64,000 nucleotides of DNA from a virus (lineage: Duplodnaviria > Caudoviricetes), in IMG/VR virus record IMGVR_UViG_3300025362_000477, one strand, 5' to 3'. The position numbers were made by a program, and so were the translations under genes. The notes under the pieces were generated by a model that did no database searches, was not told the origin of the DNA, and saw only the letters and a list, made by a program, of their open reading frames with translations. Positions 19,301-28,653 of this stretch are shown piece by piece (positions within the stretch are counted from its first letter, which is position 1; each line of letters starts with the position of its first letter).

Positions 19301-19978
19301 TTAATGATGGCTAATTTGTATATGTTCTAATCGATTAAATATACCACCATGTTCTAATAGAGTTTGACAATCATCACTATATTCAACTATGCCATACCAC
19401 CAATCTTTATGCTCGTCGATAAATTCCTGAGCTTTAATCTCTGCAACTTTGTCAACTTCGATCTGAATGATATCCATCATAGGCCATGTTTCAGCGTATT
19501 CAGCCTGCTCTAATATTTTCAATTCCTTTTGTATATCAGGGTCATCAATATCCCACCTGCGAGATATCCCTTTTGATTTTAAGAATTTTCCGATTTTCTT
19601 TTTGTGTTTTATTTCACTTTCAGCTTTGGCTTTAATAGCATCAATCATACCTTCACTGATGCTAAGAAAATCAATATCATTATTGGTATTATGATCACAT
19701 ATAAATTGCTTTTCTAATTTATATGCAGTCCAACCAATCTCAGTTGATAATAGTTTTGCTAATCTTTTTTTGGTAGTTTTGCAAACCCCTTTAAAGTCGC
19801 GATATACAGTATCTGAAATTTCATCATGAGACATTGATTTTTGATAACATTCTAATATTCCATCTTTACCATTAAACAATCTCTTTTTCATTTCTTTTAC
19901 TGATTGAGGCTTTTTTGGGAAAACTACTATAAATGAGCTACTTGAACTATTACTTACAAATCCTTCTCTATGTTTCAT
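19301..19978 (-). CDS. SNSSS-leader family protein 4
   Basis: Starts MKHREGFVSNSSSSSFIV. Confidence 0.8.
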   Translation of the reverse strand: MKHREGFVSNSSSSSFIVVFPKKPQSVKEMKKRLFNGKDGILECYQKSMSHDEISDTVYRDFKGVCKTTKKRLAKLLSTEIGWTAYKLEKQFICDHNTNNDIDFLSISEGMIDAIKAKAESEIKHKKKIGKFLKSKGISRRWDIDDPDIQKELKILEQAEYAETWPMMDIIQIEVDKVAEIKAQEFIDEHKDWWYGIVEYSDDCQTLLEHGGIFNRLEHIQISHH

Positions 19979-19980
19979 TA

Positions 19981-20298
19981 TTAATGATCCATTTTAAAAC
20001 TGATTAATTTTTCATCATTACTCACTTGTAATGCGGTTAATAGATACGCCATAGATTCTGGAATATCACGGATATCATTATACATTGATGTCCACATCTG
20101 AGTAAGATATACTCCTGGTGCTCCATCCTTGGAGGTTTTAGATATAAGTTTATTTATCATACTTTGGGTTTCGCCATCGCCCCAAGAATCAAACATCTTG
20201 GTTAAAGTACTTTTAAGATCATTATTTTCATCCCCATACCAATAACATATAAAACTAGCACTACTTGAATTACTTACGAAACCATTTCTCTGTTTCAT
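19981..20298 (-). CDS. SNSSS-leader family protein 3
   Basis: True start at 20298 (ATGA overlap with the upstream stop, GGAGAG RBS): MKQRNGFVSNSSSASFIC. Confidence 0.8.
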   Translation of the reverse strand: MKQRNGFVSNSSSASFICYWYGDENNDLKSTLTKMFDSWGDGETQSMINKLISKTSKDGAPGVYLTQMWTSMYNDIRDIPESMAYLLTALQVSNDEKLISFKMDH

Positions 20299-20651
20299 CT
20301 CAGACTCTCCTTGAATTCCCATTCCCAGTTCTTTGATTTTCCACCAGATCGTAGTATATAATCATATACCATACCGATAAAATCACCATCCTCATCTCCG
20401 AAAGAAATAGTTTTTTTACTATTCTTTGGAAATGTATAGTAGCATCCACGACCACCATTATTGATTCGTTCCTCTGCCGAAATCAATATCTGACCAAGAG
20501 TATAATCAGCATTATACTCTTGATTAAAATCTTTAACTAATTGTGGATTTTCTATTACAAAATCCGCAATAGTTAAAGGTCCATCAGATGTATTTTTGAT
20601 GACGAAGCTACTTGAACTTGAATTACTTACAAATCCATGTCTACTTTTCAT
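20295..20651 (-). CDS. SNSSS-leader family protein 2
   Basis: Starts MKSRHGFVSNSSSSSFVI. Confidence 0.8.
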   Translation of the reverse strand: MKSRHGFVSNSSSSSFVIKNTSDGPLTIADFVIENPQLVKDFNQEYNADYTLGQILISAEERINNGGRGCYYTFPKNSKKTISFGDEDGDFIGMVYDYILRSGGKSKNWEWEFKESLR

Positions 20652-21083
20652 TTAACATCCTTCTTCTCGAATAATAATCAATCTGTTTTCTTTCTGCATG
20701 GAATCGATTACGTTAACTAACATATCATTATAGTTATCAACATAACATTTTACAAAAATCCAATTAGGATGATTATCCGAAACTTTTGTAATATCGTCTA
20801 TAAGTTTCTGTTTTTCATCAATTATAACTTTTGCTCTTTCTGTATTCCCTGAATCAATTGCCCATCTAGTATCATAAGTCTCATCAAGTTTTCGTATAAC
20901 TTCCGGAATACCTTCACAGTCTAATTCAGTATTATTAAATGTCCTTTCACACCGTTCAATGAATTCGAGTAAGTCAGGATCTTTTCTCCCACACGCAGGA
21001 CAAGCATCGGACTCATTAGATTCAAAAGCAATAATAAAACTACTTGAGCTTGAATTACTTACTAATGATTTTCGTATTTTCAT
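20652..21083 (-). CDS. SNSSS-leader family protein 1 (internal CPAC)
   Basis: Starts MKIRKSLVSNSSSSSFII. Confidence 0.8.
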   Translation of the reverse strand: MKIRKSLVSNSSSSSFIIAFESNESDACPACGRKDPDLLEFIERCERTFNNTELDCEGIPEVIRKLDETYDTRWAIDSGNTERAKVIIDEKQKLIDDITKVSDNHPNWIFVKCYVDNYNDMLVNVIDSMQKENRLIIIREEGC

Positions 21084-21199
21084 CTATATCATACCCTTTA
21101 TTATTTCGTTTACATGTACTCTTATATCATATGAAGAATTAATCATTAGTACCAAGAGTCAAATAATATTTTTTTGATTTTTTGCTAACATTCTATATC

Positions 21200-22411
21200 C
21201 TATTCATTAATTACGGGAAATGTCGGACATTTTCTACACCCGTCAATCATCCCAGAAATCAATTCATTTCGAAAATTAGAAACAGTATCTGAATACCATA
21301 ATTCTTTAAGAAAATCATCAATAGCTAATACATCAACACATTCTTTATTAGGTTCACCTTCTGTAAAAGAACAATGCCAATATTCACCATAAACATTAAT
21401 ATAGGATGAGAAAATATCCGATTCACAAGATTCACTTGCTTCTATAAACTTTTTTGATACCTCTTTTGGGAGATCCATTCCTTTAACTGCTGCTTCAAAC
21501 TTTGGAGCACTACAACTATCAAAACCAAAATTAAATCCTTTATCCAAACAATATTTAACTAATTCAGCATATTGTGTTTTAGTAAGAGAATGAAAATGAC
21601 CGGCAGCTCTACCTTTCGGTTTCACTCCTAAAAATACAATTGCATGCATATCTTTTAGACGTTCATCATTCATCCGATCTTCAAGAACTTCATATACAAA
21701 TTTAAGAGTTTCTTGACTAACCATCAAATGAATATTTACTTGATCCATACCAAGAGAAGTAAACTTCTTAATAGCATTATAACATACATTTTTATCAGAT
21801 TCATACGCCGACACGGCTAGGGCCCCAGAAATTTTCGCAACCTTCTCAGCAATAGCATCAGTAAGATCAGCACCAGACAATGTGAAATTAGGAACAATCC
21901 CAATTTCACGGCAATATTCCATCATAGGAATGAAATCAGGATTCGTTTGAATCCCAGTAATACCAAATGCCACCTGAGTCAAAGTCCTTGGTATTTTATT
22001 AATAATTGTCTTAAAAGTTTCAAGAGTCATATTAGTTGCTGGGGCATTCGTATTATTTTTATAACAAAATTTACAATTTTCTCCTTTAATTTTAGGACAT
22101 CCATTAATTGAGATTTCAATATCAAGAATTTCTGGACCAATAGGTGAATACAATGGATCATCATCAATTGTCTTACCCCAACGTTGAAAATATCCAGTCT
22201 CTTTGATAAATATGTAATTGTAATCATATCCAATTACTAATTTAGCTCGACTTGAATCAACCATGATATACCATTGATCATTAATTAAAAATCGACGTCG
22301 ATCTACGAAAGCACCATTTTCTTTTTCATCTTTAGTAATTTGAGCCAATAAATTCAACTGCGGCTCATAGCTAATATTTTCTAACATTCTCTTCAAATCA
22401 AAGTGTGGCAT
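21200..22411 (-). CDS. Radical SAM enzyme with a C-terminal SPASM/twitch-like Cys region
   Basis: GCPKIKGENCKFCY (Cx7CxxC), QVAFG, NFTLSG, C-terminal SCES...HCSF...CRKCP. Confidence 0.9.
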   Translation of the reverse strand: MPHFDLKRMLENISYEPQLNLLAQITKDEKENGAFVDRRRFLINDQWYIMVDSSRAKLVIGYDYNYIFIKETGYFQRWGKTIDDDPLYSPIGPEILDIEISINGCPKIKGENCKFCYKNNTNAPATNMTLETFKTIINKIPRTLTQVAFGITGIQTNPDFIPMMEYCREIGIVPNFTLSGADLTDAIAEKVAKISGALAVSAYESDKNVCYNAIKKFTSLGMDQVNIHLMVSQETLKFVYEVLEDRMNDERLKDMHAIVFLGVKPKGRAAGHFHSLTKTQYAELVKYCLDKGFNFGFDSCSAPKFEAAVKGMDLPKEVSKKFIEASESCESDIFSSYINVYGEYWHCSFTEGEPNKECVDVLAIDDFLKELWYSDTVSNFRNELISGMIDGCRKCPTFPVINE

Positions 22412-22526
22412 AAATTTCTCCTAAAAGAAAAAAGATTTTTATTAAGTGAGAGGCGTGAAAAAACCCAAACCGCATCATCTAGTAGAATAATACGATTTGG
22501 GTTTTTATAAACTAAACAATCAATTC

Positions 22527-23600
22527 TTATTTAGCAATTGTAATTGGGATGATCGGCATTGCTCCACCGCCACCACCAGACTGAACCATAGGAACGTCAC
22601 CATTCCATTTTCCAATCTTCATTTTTTCAACTTCCAGCTCCAGCAATTTAAGATACCCCTCACCACCAGCAGAAATGGCTTTTGCTTTTGAGGTTATCTC
22701 ATATGCTTCGGCATCAGCTTTTAGTTGGCGTTTGGCAGCGTCATTAGCCTCGATACTCAGATCCAGTTGATTCTGTTTGATCTGTGCAAGGGCGGCAGCT
22801 TCAGTTTTCGCTTCCAATGTCTGACTAATAAAGACTTCATCGATAGCTTTCTGAATATCCGGATTATCATAAACCAATCCACCAATCAAACCGAGTGTAG
22901 GATCAATAGTAATTCCCAACAGTTTAAACTGTGGAATAATCGATGCCCGTATCGCTTCACTGATTTCCGGTTTATGATGCCTCAAATCCTGAACATCCCA
23001 CTCAGAACACTTAGTAGCGTATATTGCCTGACATGCATTAAAGATCTGATTATCAACTATCTCAGATAATCCCATAGAAGAAGATGCCGCAGTAGGGAAC
23101 CAATATAGATATGTTGCCGTATCTTCTTCAGTAACATATGATGTGATGGCAAAGCCAGAACTCACACCAACTGAATCCTTTGATTCGGCTTCCAAATCCT
23201 GAGCGATCGTTGATGTTCCAGAATCAGCAGAAGCAGTCCAACGCCTTGCTACCGGAGTACGACTAACTTTAATAAGTCGAGCATTCGGAATATAGATTCC
23301 AGAATTATATAACCGACCTGTCTTAAGCCATGTAACCGGGATAGTCACTCGTTTGGTTGCCACCTTTAATTTGTCCAGATGTTCAACGCTATCAAACTTA
23401 ACCTGTTTGGACGTATCACCTTCCAACGGGACCAAGAACGCGGTCTCGTTATTGTTTACCTCTTCAACTATAGGTTTCGGAAATGGCCTCCAGCATCCTG
23501 TGGTCATAAGCATGGTCATAAATAATATAATTAGAATTGAGAATTTTGAATAATTATTCATATTTTTTGTGTAGCCTTTGTTTTTAAAAAGAGATGACAA
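22527..23600 (-). CDS. SPFH/band-7-like lipoprotein
   Basis: Hydrophobic leader ending TTGC, FKLLGITID...GLVYDNPDIQKAID, coiled-coil tail, KWNGDVP. Confidence 0.72.
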   Translation of the reverse strand: MSSLFKNKGYTKNMNNYSKFSILIILFMTMLMTTGCWRPFPKPIVEEVNNNETAFLVPLEGDTSKQVKFDSVEHLDKLKVATKRVTIPVTWLKTGRLYNSGIYIPNARLIKVSRTPVARRWTASADSGTSTIAQDLEAESKDSVGVSSGFAITSYVTEEDTATYLYWFPTAASSSMGLSEIVDNQIFNACQAIYATKCSEWDVQDLRHHKPEISEAIRASIIPQFKLLGITIDPTLGLIGGLVYDNPDIQKAIDEVFISQTLEAKTEAAALAQIKQNQLDLSIEANDAAKRQLKADAEAYEITSKAKAISAGGEGYLKLLELEVEKMKIGKWNGDVPMVQSGGGGGAMPIIPITIAK

Positions 23601-23924
23601 TTAATCTTCTTTTGGGTTTTTGTTTTGGTTTGTGGTTTTTTCTTCTTCTGTAAAAAATTTAAATGCTCGCACACCTTCACACGCGAAAATGATAAAGCAT
23701 AAAAATAAAGATGTTGGCCAAATATAATCCCTGACACTCGTCAAGAAACTATTTGTGCTATGCATGGCTACCATCTCAATGTCACCGCCATTCATTTGAG
23801 CTAGAGTAGTGTCATTTTGTAATGGCACTGTCCATTTGTCCCCCACGTGACTCATAGCAGAGGCCGCTATAACTATTATAATAATAATAAATAGCTTGGC
23901 CCAACTTGGTCTGAATTTCTTCAT
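23601..23924 (-). CDS. Two-TM membrane protein
   Basis: Two hydrophobic stretches; abuts the SPFH gene. Confidence 0.65.
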   Translation of the reverse strand: MKKFRPSWAKLFIIIIIVIAASAMSHVGDKWTVPLQNDTTLAQMNGGDIEMVAMHSTNSFLTSVRDYIWPTSLFLCFIIFACEGVRAFKFFTEEEKTTNQNKNPKED

Positions 23925-24008
23925 CGTTTCATTTTACTCCTTTCGTAGTTTTAAGCAAAATTTCCTATTCACAATTTAATATATTTAATAAATATAATCC
24001 ATTCAAAC

Positions 24009-24716
24009 TTAAATTATTTGTTGAATGTCATCGTATAATAGGTGATATTTGCCCTGTGTTTTGTCATCATGAAAATGGCCAAAATACCATTCCTTGAATT
24101 TAAGATTTAATGCGATATGGTTCAAGTATTTAGCAACAGGACATGAGTTGATATTTTTATAATTTTTCATACCAAATCCAAATACAGGAATCACATCTTC
24201 TGGCATTGTGTGAGATATCACATAATCAACTTCCCATTTACATTTATCTAAATTTTCAATACCATAATCAAATTGAGCATAACTAGGGATTTCTTCTTCC
24301 CACCAACTAATTCCAGTTATTCGATATGCCCTATCCCAACTAGTTGCACCACCCATAACAAAGAATTTCTTGCCATGGATAGTGTAAACCTCACCGCGAC
24401 GTAAATGATAAATATTATCGTAAACCTTCCCAACTAACCCACCAAACATATGTTCAGTTGGAAGATTGTTTAAACGAGTATGACATTCATGATTTCCATC
24501 CACAAATAAAGTTGTCCATGGTTTCTTTTTACCATACCATTGTTTTAAATGTTTTTCATGAGAATCTTCAACATTAGACCATAATATACCCATATCACCG
24601 GCTACAATCAAATAATCATCACGGTCCAATTTTTTACCTTCGGGCCATTGCTTAGATGATAATTTTCTAATATCATGATCCCCATGTACATCCCCTGTCA
24701 CAAATACCTTATTCAT
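24009..24716 (-). CDS. Calcineurin-like metallophosphoesterase
   Basis: GDVHG, AGDMG, DGNHE, ISHT, GHFH. Confidence 0.9.
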   Translation of the reverse strand: MNKVFVTGDVHGDHDIRKLSSKQWPEGKKLDRDDYLIVAGDMGILWSNVEDSHEKHLKQWYGKKKPWTTLFVDGNHECHTRLNNLPTEHMFGGLVGKVYDNIYHLRRGEVYTIHGKKFFVMGGATSWDRAYRITGISWWEEEIPSYAQFDYGIENLDKCKWEVDYVISHTMPEDVIPVFGFGMKNYKNINSCPVAKYLNHIALNLKFKEWYFGHFHDDKTQGKYHLLYDDIQQII

Positions 24717-24732
24717 ATATCCACCACCTTTA

Positions 24733-25536
24733 TTAAAATGATTTACTTTCTAATAAACACCATCCATGATTTTTAAATTTCAATGGTATCGGGTGTCCAA
24801 TATATTTTGTTAATAAATCCATCCTAAGATCATGATCTATACAAAATTTCATTTTATTCTCTATAACGTCAAAAATAATCCCATATGGATCAGATAAGAT
24901 CCATCTTTTCCTATTTGGGTTTTTTAATCCATTAAAATCTGAATGATTATTTTTAATTCTTTCTCTAGTTTCTCTAGTTCTATGCTTCCCATATAATGGA
25001 TGATTTTCCCCTTTTAAAAGACCATACTTTTTAATAGTATGTGCTGCTTTTTTTGCTTTGTCCAATCTTTGTTCTTTTGTCATATTCGAGGAAGATCCGG
25101 GATTATTTTGACCACTACTCAATATTCTCTGACGATCCCGTCGCTCATCTGTCCATTTCCAACCGGATACACCATCACCGCCATCAGTCAAATTCACCAA
25201 TGGTCCTGTTTTTAAATCACACCGACCGATCATTCTAATAAATAATTTTTCAAGTTTAAAAGATTCAACTTCTGTTAAATTATCATATATGATGATATTA
25301 ATAATATTTAATTTATTTTTTTTGATTTTATTTATTTTTCTAACTTTATGTAAATTCGGATCTGATCGTAAATACCAATCCCTCATATGATCCTTAAATC
25401 TCCATCCTTGACCCTTCCCGATATAAAATGGCTCAAAATTAAAATTAATATCATCAACTATATCAACTACAGGCTTAGTTGGATCACATAACGCATAAAT
25501 GTAAAATCTTTCATGCGAAATTTTTGATCTACTCAT
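24733..25536 (-). CDS. GIY-YIG (LEM-3-like) homing endonuclease with NUMOD3-like repeats
   Basis: FYIYALCDP...FYIGKG...RFKDH, LEKLFI...IGR.DLKTGPLVNLTDGGDG. Confidence 0.82.
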   Translation of the reverse strand: MSRSKISHERFYIYALCDPTKPVVDIVDDINFNFEPFYIGKGQGWRFKDHMRDWYLRSDPNLHKVRKINKIKKNKLNIINIIIYDNLTEVESFKLEKLFIRMIGRCDLKTGPLVNLTDGGDGVSGWKWTDERRDRQRILSSGQNNPGSSSNMTKEQRLDKAKKAAHTIKKYGLLKGENHPLYGKHRTRETRERIKNNHSDFNGLKNPNRKRWILSDPYGIIFDVIENKMKFCIDHDLRMDLLTKYIGHPIPLKFKNHGWCLLESKSF

Positions 25537-25560
25537 TTTATTATCTTTTTAAATTAACAA

Positions 25561-26295
25561 TCAATCACCACGTATAACTGGCGAACTTATCTTAAATTTA
25601 GATACTTCCAATCCCATTTCTACTTCATCAACTATACTTTTAATTTTAAAAATCCTTGAAATTTTAGGTGGTCTAAATAAATAACATAACCTTACAGATG
25701 CAAATGTCCAAATATTTGTGTCTCTTCCACACTGAGGACAACATCTATAAAATTCCTTCGAATCAACACACTTATCTTGTTTATCATCCCACAGGTGTCT
25801 CTTAAAAAATATATCACACGGACAAGCATATCTTACATGCCAATCCCCATGTCGAATTTTATAACCCTGTGATATATATTCAAGATGTTCAATGATAACC
25901 TTAATAGCAAGTAATGACCAATTTTTCAACCATCCAGTTTTCTGTAATCTACTTTTATTAATGAAGTGATATATAACAGCATTTTCATCATTGATAGAAC
26001 GAGTATACGCTAAAATTATATCAGAACGCTCTTGATACTTTTCTGGTTCAGTTGAATGTTTATACAATGACTTCATCATAGCATCATAAGTATCTCTAAG
26101 AATCCCAGAATCATTAAAGATCCTTTGTTGAAGGTTATCGTTCTCAAAGTTGAGTAGAAATTCCTCATAATCAATATTCTGGAGATGCAATAATTCATCG
26201 AATGTAAAAGAATCAATCACATCATAATAGTAATCATTAATATCATTCTTAATCGTTTTTTCGTCTTTCTGTTCTTCGGTTTTTAATTCGCTCAT
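25561..26295 (-). CDS. Hypothetical protein (Cys motifs)
   Basis: 244-aa ORF with CPC and CCPQC motifs. Confidence 0.65.
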   Translation of the reverse strand: MSELKTEEQKDEKTIKNDINDYYYDVIDSFTFDELLHLQNIDYEEFLLNFENDNLQQRIFNDSGILRDTYDAMMKSLYKHSTEPEKYQERSDIILAYTRSINDENAVIYHFINKSRLQKTGWLKNWSLLAIKVIIEHLEYISQGYKIRHGDWHVRYACPCDIFFKRHLWDDKQDKCVDSKEFYRCCPQCGRDTNIWTFASVRLCYLFRPPKISRIFKIKSIVDEVEMGLEVSKFKISSPVIRGD

Positions 26296-27079
26296 TTGAG
26301 TCTAATACCTCTTGTAAAAGTTTTGATTCATATCCATGGTTCCGAGCAAATTCATTAAGGGCCGAAACATCTTTGGGTAAACACTTACCCGAGAATGGAT
26401 AATCATTTTCTTTGAATACTGAAGTATGCATCGGATTCAATCTCGGATCCAATAACCATAACTCTCTCACAGTATTCCAATCAATTCCTATAGTTTCACA
26501 TATTTCATTAATTTCATAGCAAAAAGCTATCTTCATAGCATAAAAACTATTCTCCATATATTTAGTAAGCTCTGCCTCTTCAAATGTACACTGGACATAT
26601 TTCTTTACAGGTCCAGCTACTGGCATGAAAATATCAACCATTTTTGAAGTATCTTCCGAATCTCCACCAAATATGAAGAATGGAGTTTCAACTACATCCG
26701 AATGAAAGCTATAAGGAGTCCAATAAGTACTCTCACCACAATATTCAGGAGAAAATACAATTCTTTTATTATTCATTTCTGATAATTGTCGAGTAGTACC
26801 AATCTCTATTGTTGATTTTAATAAAACTAAATCAGTTTCTAACCAATTAAATACATCATAAATATATGATAAGTCACATTTCCCATCATCACTTCTCGGA
26901 GTTGGAACACACACTACACCTAAATCACAACTATTAGTTTCTTCTTTATCGACTAATGCAATATCAGGAAATTCATCAGTCCCAATAAATGGGTCATGAA
27001 CAACAACCTCATAATGATGTTTGAAAAACTCATACATCGCCTTGCCTACATATCCATACCCAATAATTGCAATTTTCAT
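26249..27079 (-). CDS. UDP-glucose/GDP-mannose dehydrogenase family protein lacking the C-terminal domain
   Basis: MKIAIIGYGYVG, VCVPTP, KSTI, FSPEY, AELTKYMENSF, FSGKCLPKD. Confidence 0.9.
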   Translation of the reverse strand: MKIAIIGYGYVGKAMYEFFKHHYEVVVHDPFIGTDEFPDIALVDKEETNSCDLGVVCVPTPRSDDGKCDLSYIYDVFNWLETDLVLLKSTIEIGTTRQLSEMNNKRIVFSPEYCGESTYWTPYSFHSDVVETPFFIFGGDSEDTSKMVDIFMPVAGPVKKYVQCTFEEAELTKYMENSFYAMKIAFCYEINEICETIGIDWNTVRELWLLDPRLNPMHTSVFKENDYPFSGKCLPKDVSALNEFARNHGYESKLLQEVLDSNERIKNRRTERRKND

Positions 27080-27150
27080 ATCTATTCCTCTAATTTTAAT
27101 TAATAAAAATCCCATATAGTTTTTGTTCTATAGGGGATCAGAGGAATTCT

Positions 27151-28653
27151 CTACATTATCATTGTATTTTCTCGGCATTGAGTAAATGTCATATCTCTCA
27201 TTATATCACCATTATAAAATACATCTTCCAATATATCATCACCAGGTGTATCAAATGGGACAGTCATAAACTTATTACCAGACATATTATTTCGAATCAA
27301 CTTGAAACGACCACGTTTAGATGCTTTACTAATATCCAAAGGTTTCTTCCATACATCCTTCCATGTATCTTCTCCGATTTGACGGGCACTACATTTAAAC
27401 GCAAATCGCTGATCATCTCGATTAACTTTCTGTAACAGTCCACCACCACAACCGAATCCAGTATTCTGAGCTGCATATTCATTCATGGTAATTGTATTGT
27501 GGATTCCTCGCATACCATTATAATCAATACCATCACCCCATATTGATCCAACCTTTGGATTCAATACAAGATAATTCTTTGAGTTTCGACTAGTGCCAAA
27601 TACAGATTCAAGCATCTGATTAACTTCTAATGATACACTATCAGGATCTCCACTATCAGGACGAAAAACTAACTTTCCATCTCTAGCTAAAATTTCATCT
27701 TTAAGTTCACGAGCATACTGAAGAATGAATCTCTGATAATTATAACTATCAATCACACATGCTACAACACCAGTTGGATTTTCTCGAACCAAATTATGAA
27801 AAATATCCTTTTCACCTGATTCTCCATTCGCAGTCATGATACTATGTTCAGTAGCAATGATTGAATATCCAAGTCCGTCATATGAAGGCATGTTGTAATA
27901 TTTTCTGATATGCTTAAGAGCCGATACAGTATCAGTACCTAAGAAATTCAGAAGATGCCCAGAACCCTGATGAACGGATGATTCATAACTTGAAACACCC
28001 CTAGCGCCAAAATCATGTAACATATATGGTAATACAGCATCTATCATATTATCATCACAAGTTTTATCAAGGTAATGACGAATCATTTTCTTAATCTCGT
28101 AACTCAATGTTGCTGTAGTTGATGATGCCCATACTCGAGTTAATAATGTTTCAACATAATTAGTAAGAGAAGCACATATCGGACCACCATTATTCTTAAC
28201 AGTCATTAAGACATTTGACTTCTCAACTGGAAGACCTTCAGGGACAGCCCGAATAGTTAAAGGAAGCTTTCCACCCCACTCTTTAAGAATATGTTGCCAC
28301 ATTTCTTTATTGAATGTAGTGTGATTTCCAAAATGAGAAAAGAATAACTCATCAGCATCATCAATCAATTCTTGAGTAACAACTATACCAGTCAAGTATT
28401 TCTTAACGATATACTGCAGACCATAGAATATAGTGTTATTATATTTCGCTCCATTTCTAGATTCAAAATATGAATAAATTGATATCGTATCTCTTGGATA
28501 TAAAGGCCAATGCCCTACCTTGTAACTATCAACATCAGTAATAATACTATATGTATCCATCCCTCGATCAGTTACTATTTTATTGATTTCATCCAGTGAA
28601 AAATAATCACGCTTTCCATATAAATTAAACAATTCTTGTTTACAATCTATCAT
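27151..28653 (-). CDS. nadV: Nicotinamide phosphoribosyltransferase
   Basis: DSYKVGHW, LHDFGARG, ATEHS, VIDSY, RPDSGDP, GDGI, GGGLLQKVNRD. Confidence 0.95.
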   Translation of the reverse strand: MIDCKQELFNLYGKRDYFSLDEINKIVTDRGMDTYSIITDVDSYKVGHWPLYPRDTISIYSYFESRNGAKYNNTIFYGLQYIVKKYLTGIVVTQELIDDADELFFSHFGNHTTFNKEMWQHILKEWGGKLPLTIRAVPEGLPVEKSNVLMTVKNNGGPICASLTNYVETLLTRVWASSTTATLSYEIKKMIRHYLDKTCDDNMIDAVLPYMLHDFGARGVSSYESSVHQGSGHLLNFLGTDTVSALKHIRKYYNMPSYDGLGYSIIATEHSIMTANGESGEKDIFHNLVRENPTGVVACVIDSYNYQRFILQYARELKDEILARDGKLVFRPDSGDPDSVSLEVNQMLESVFGTSRNSKNYLVLNPKVGSIWGDGIDYNGMRGIHNTITMNEYAAQNTGFGCGGGLLQKVNRDDQRFAFKCSARQIGEDTWKDVWKKPLDISKASKRGRFKLIRNNMSGNKFMTVPFDTPGDDILEDVFYNGDIMRDMTFTQCRENTMIM

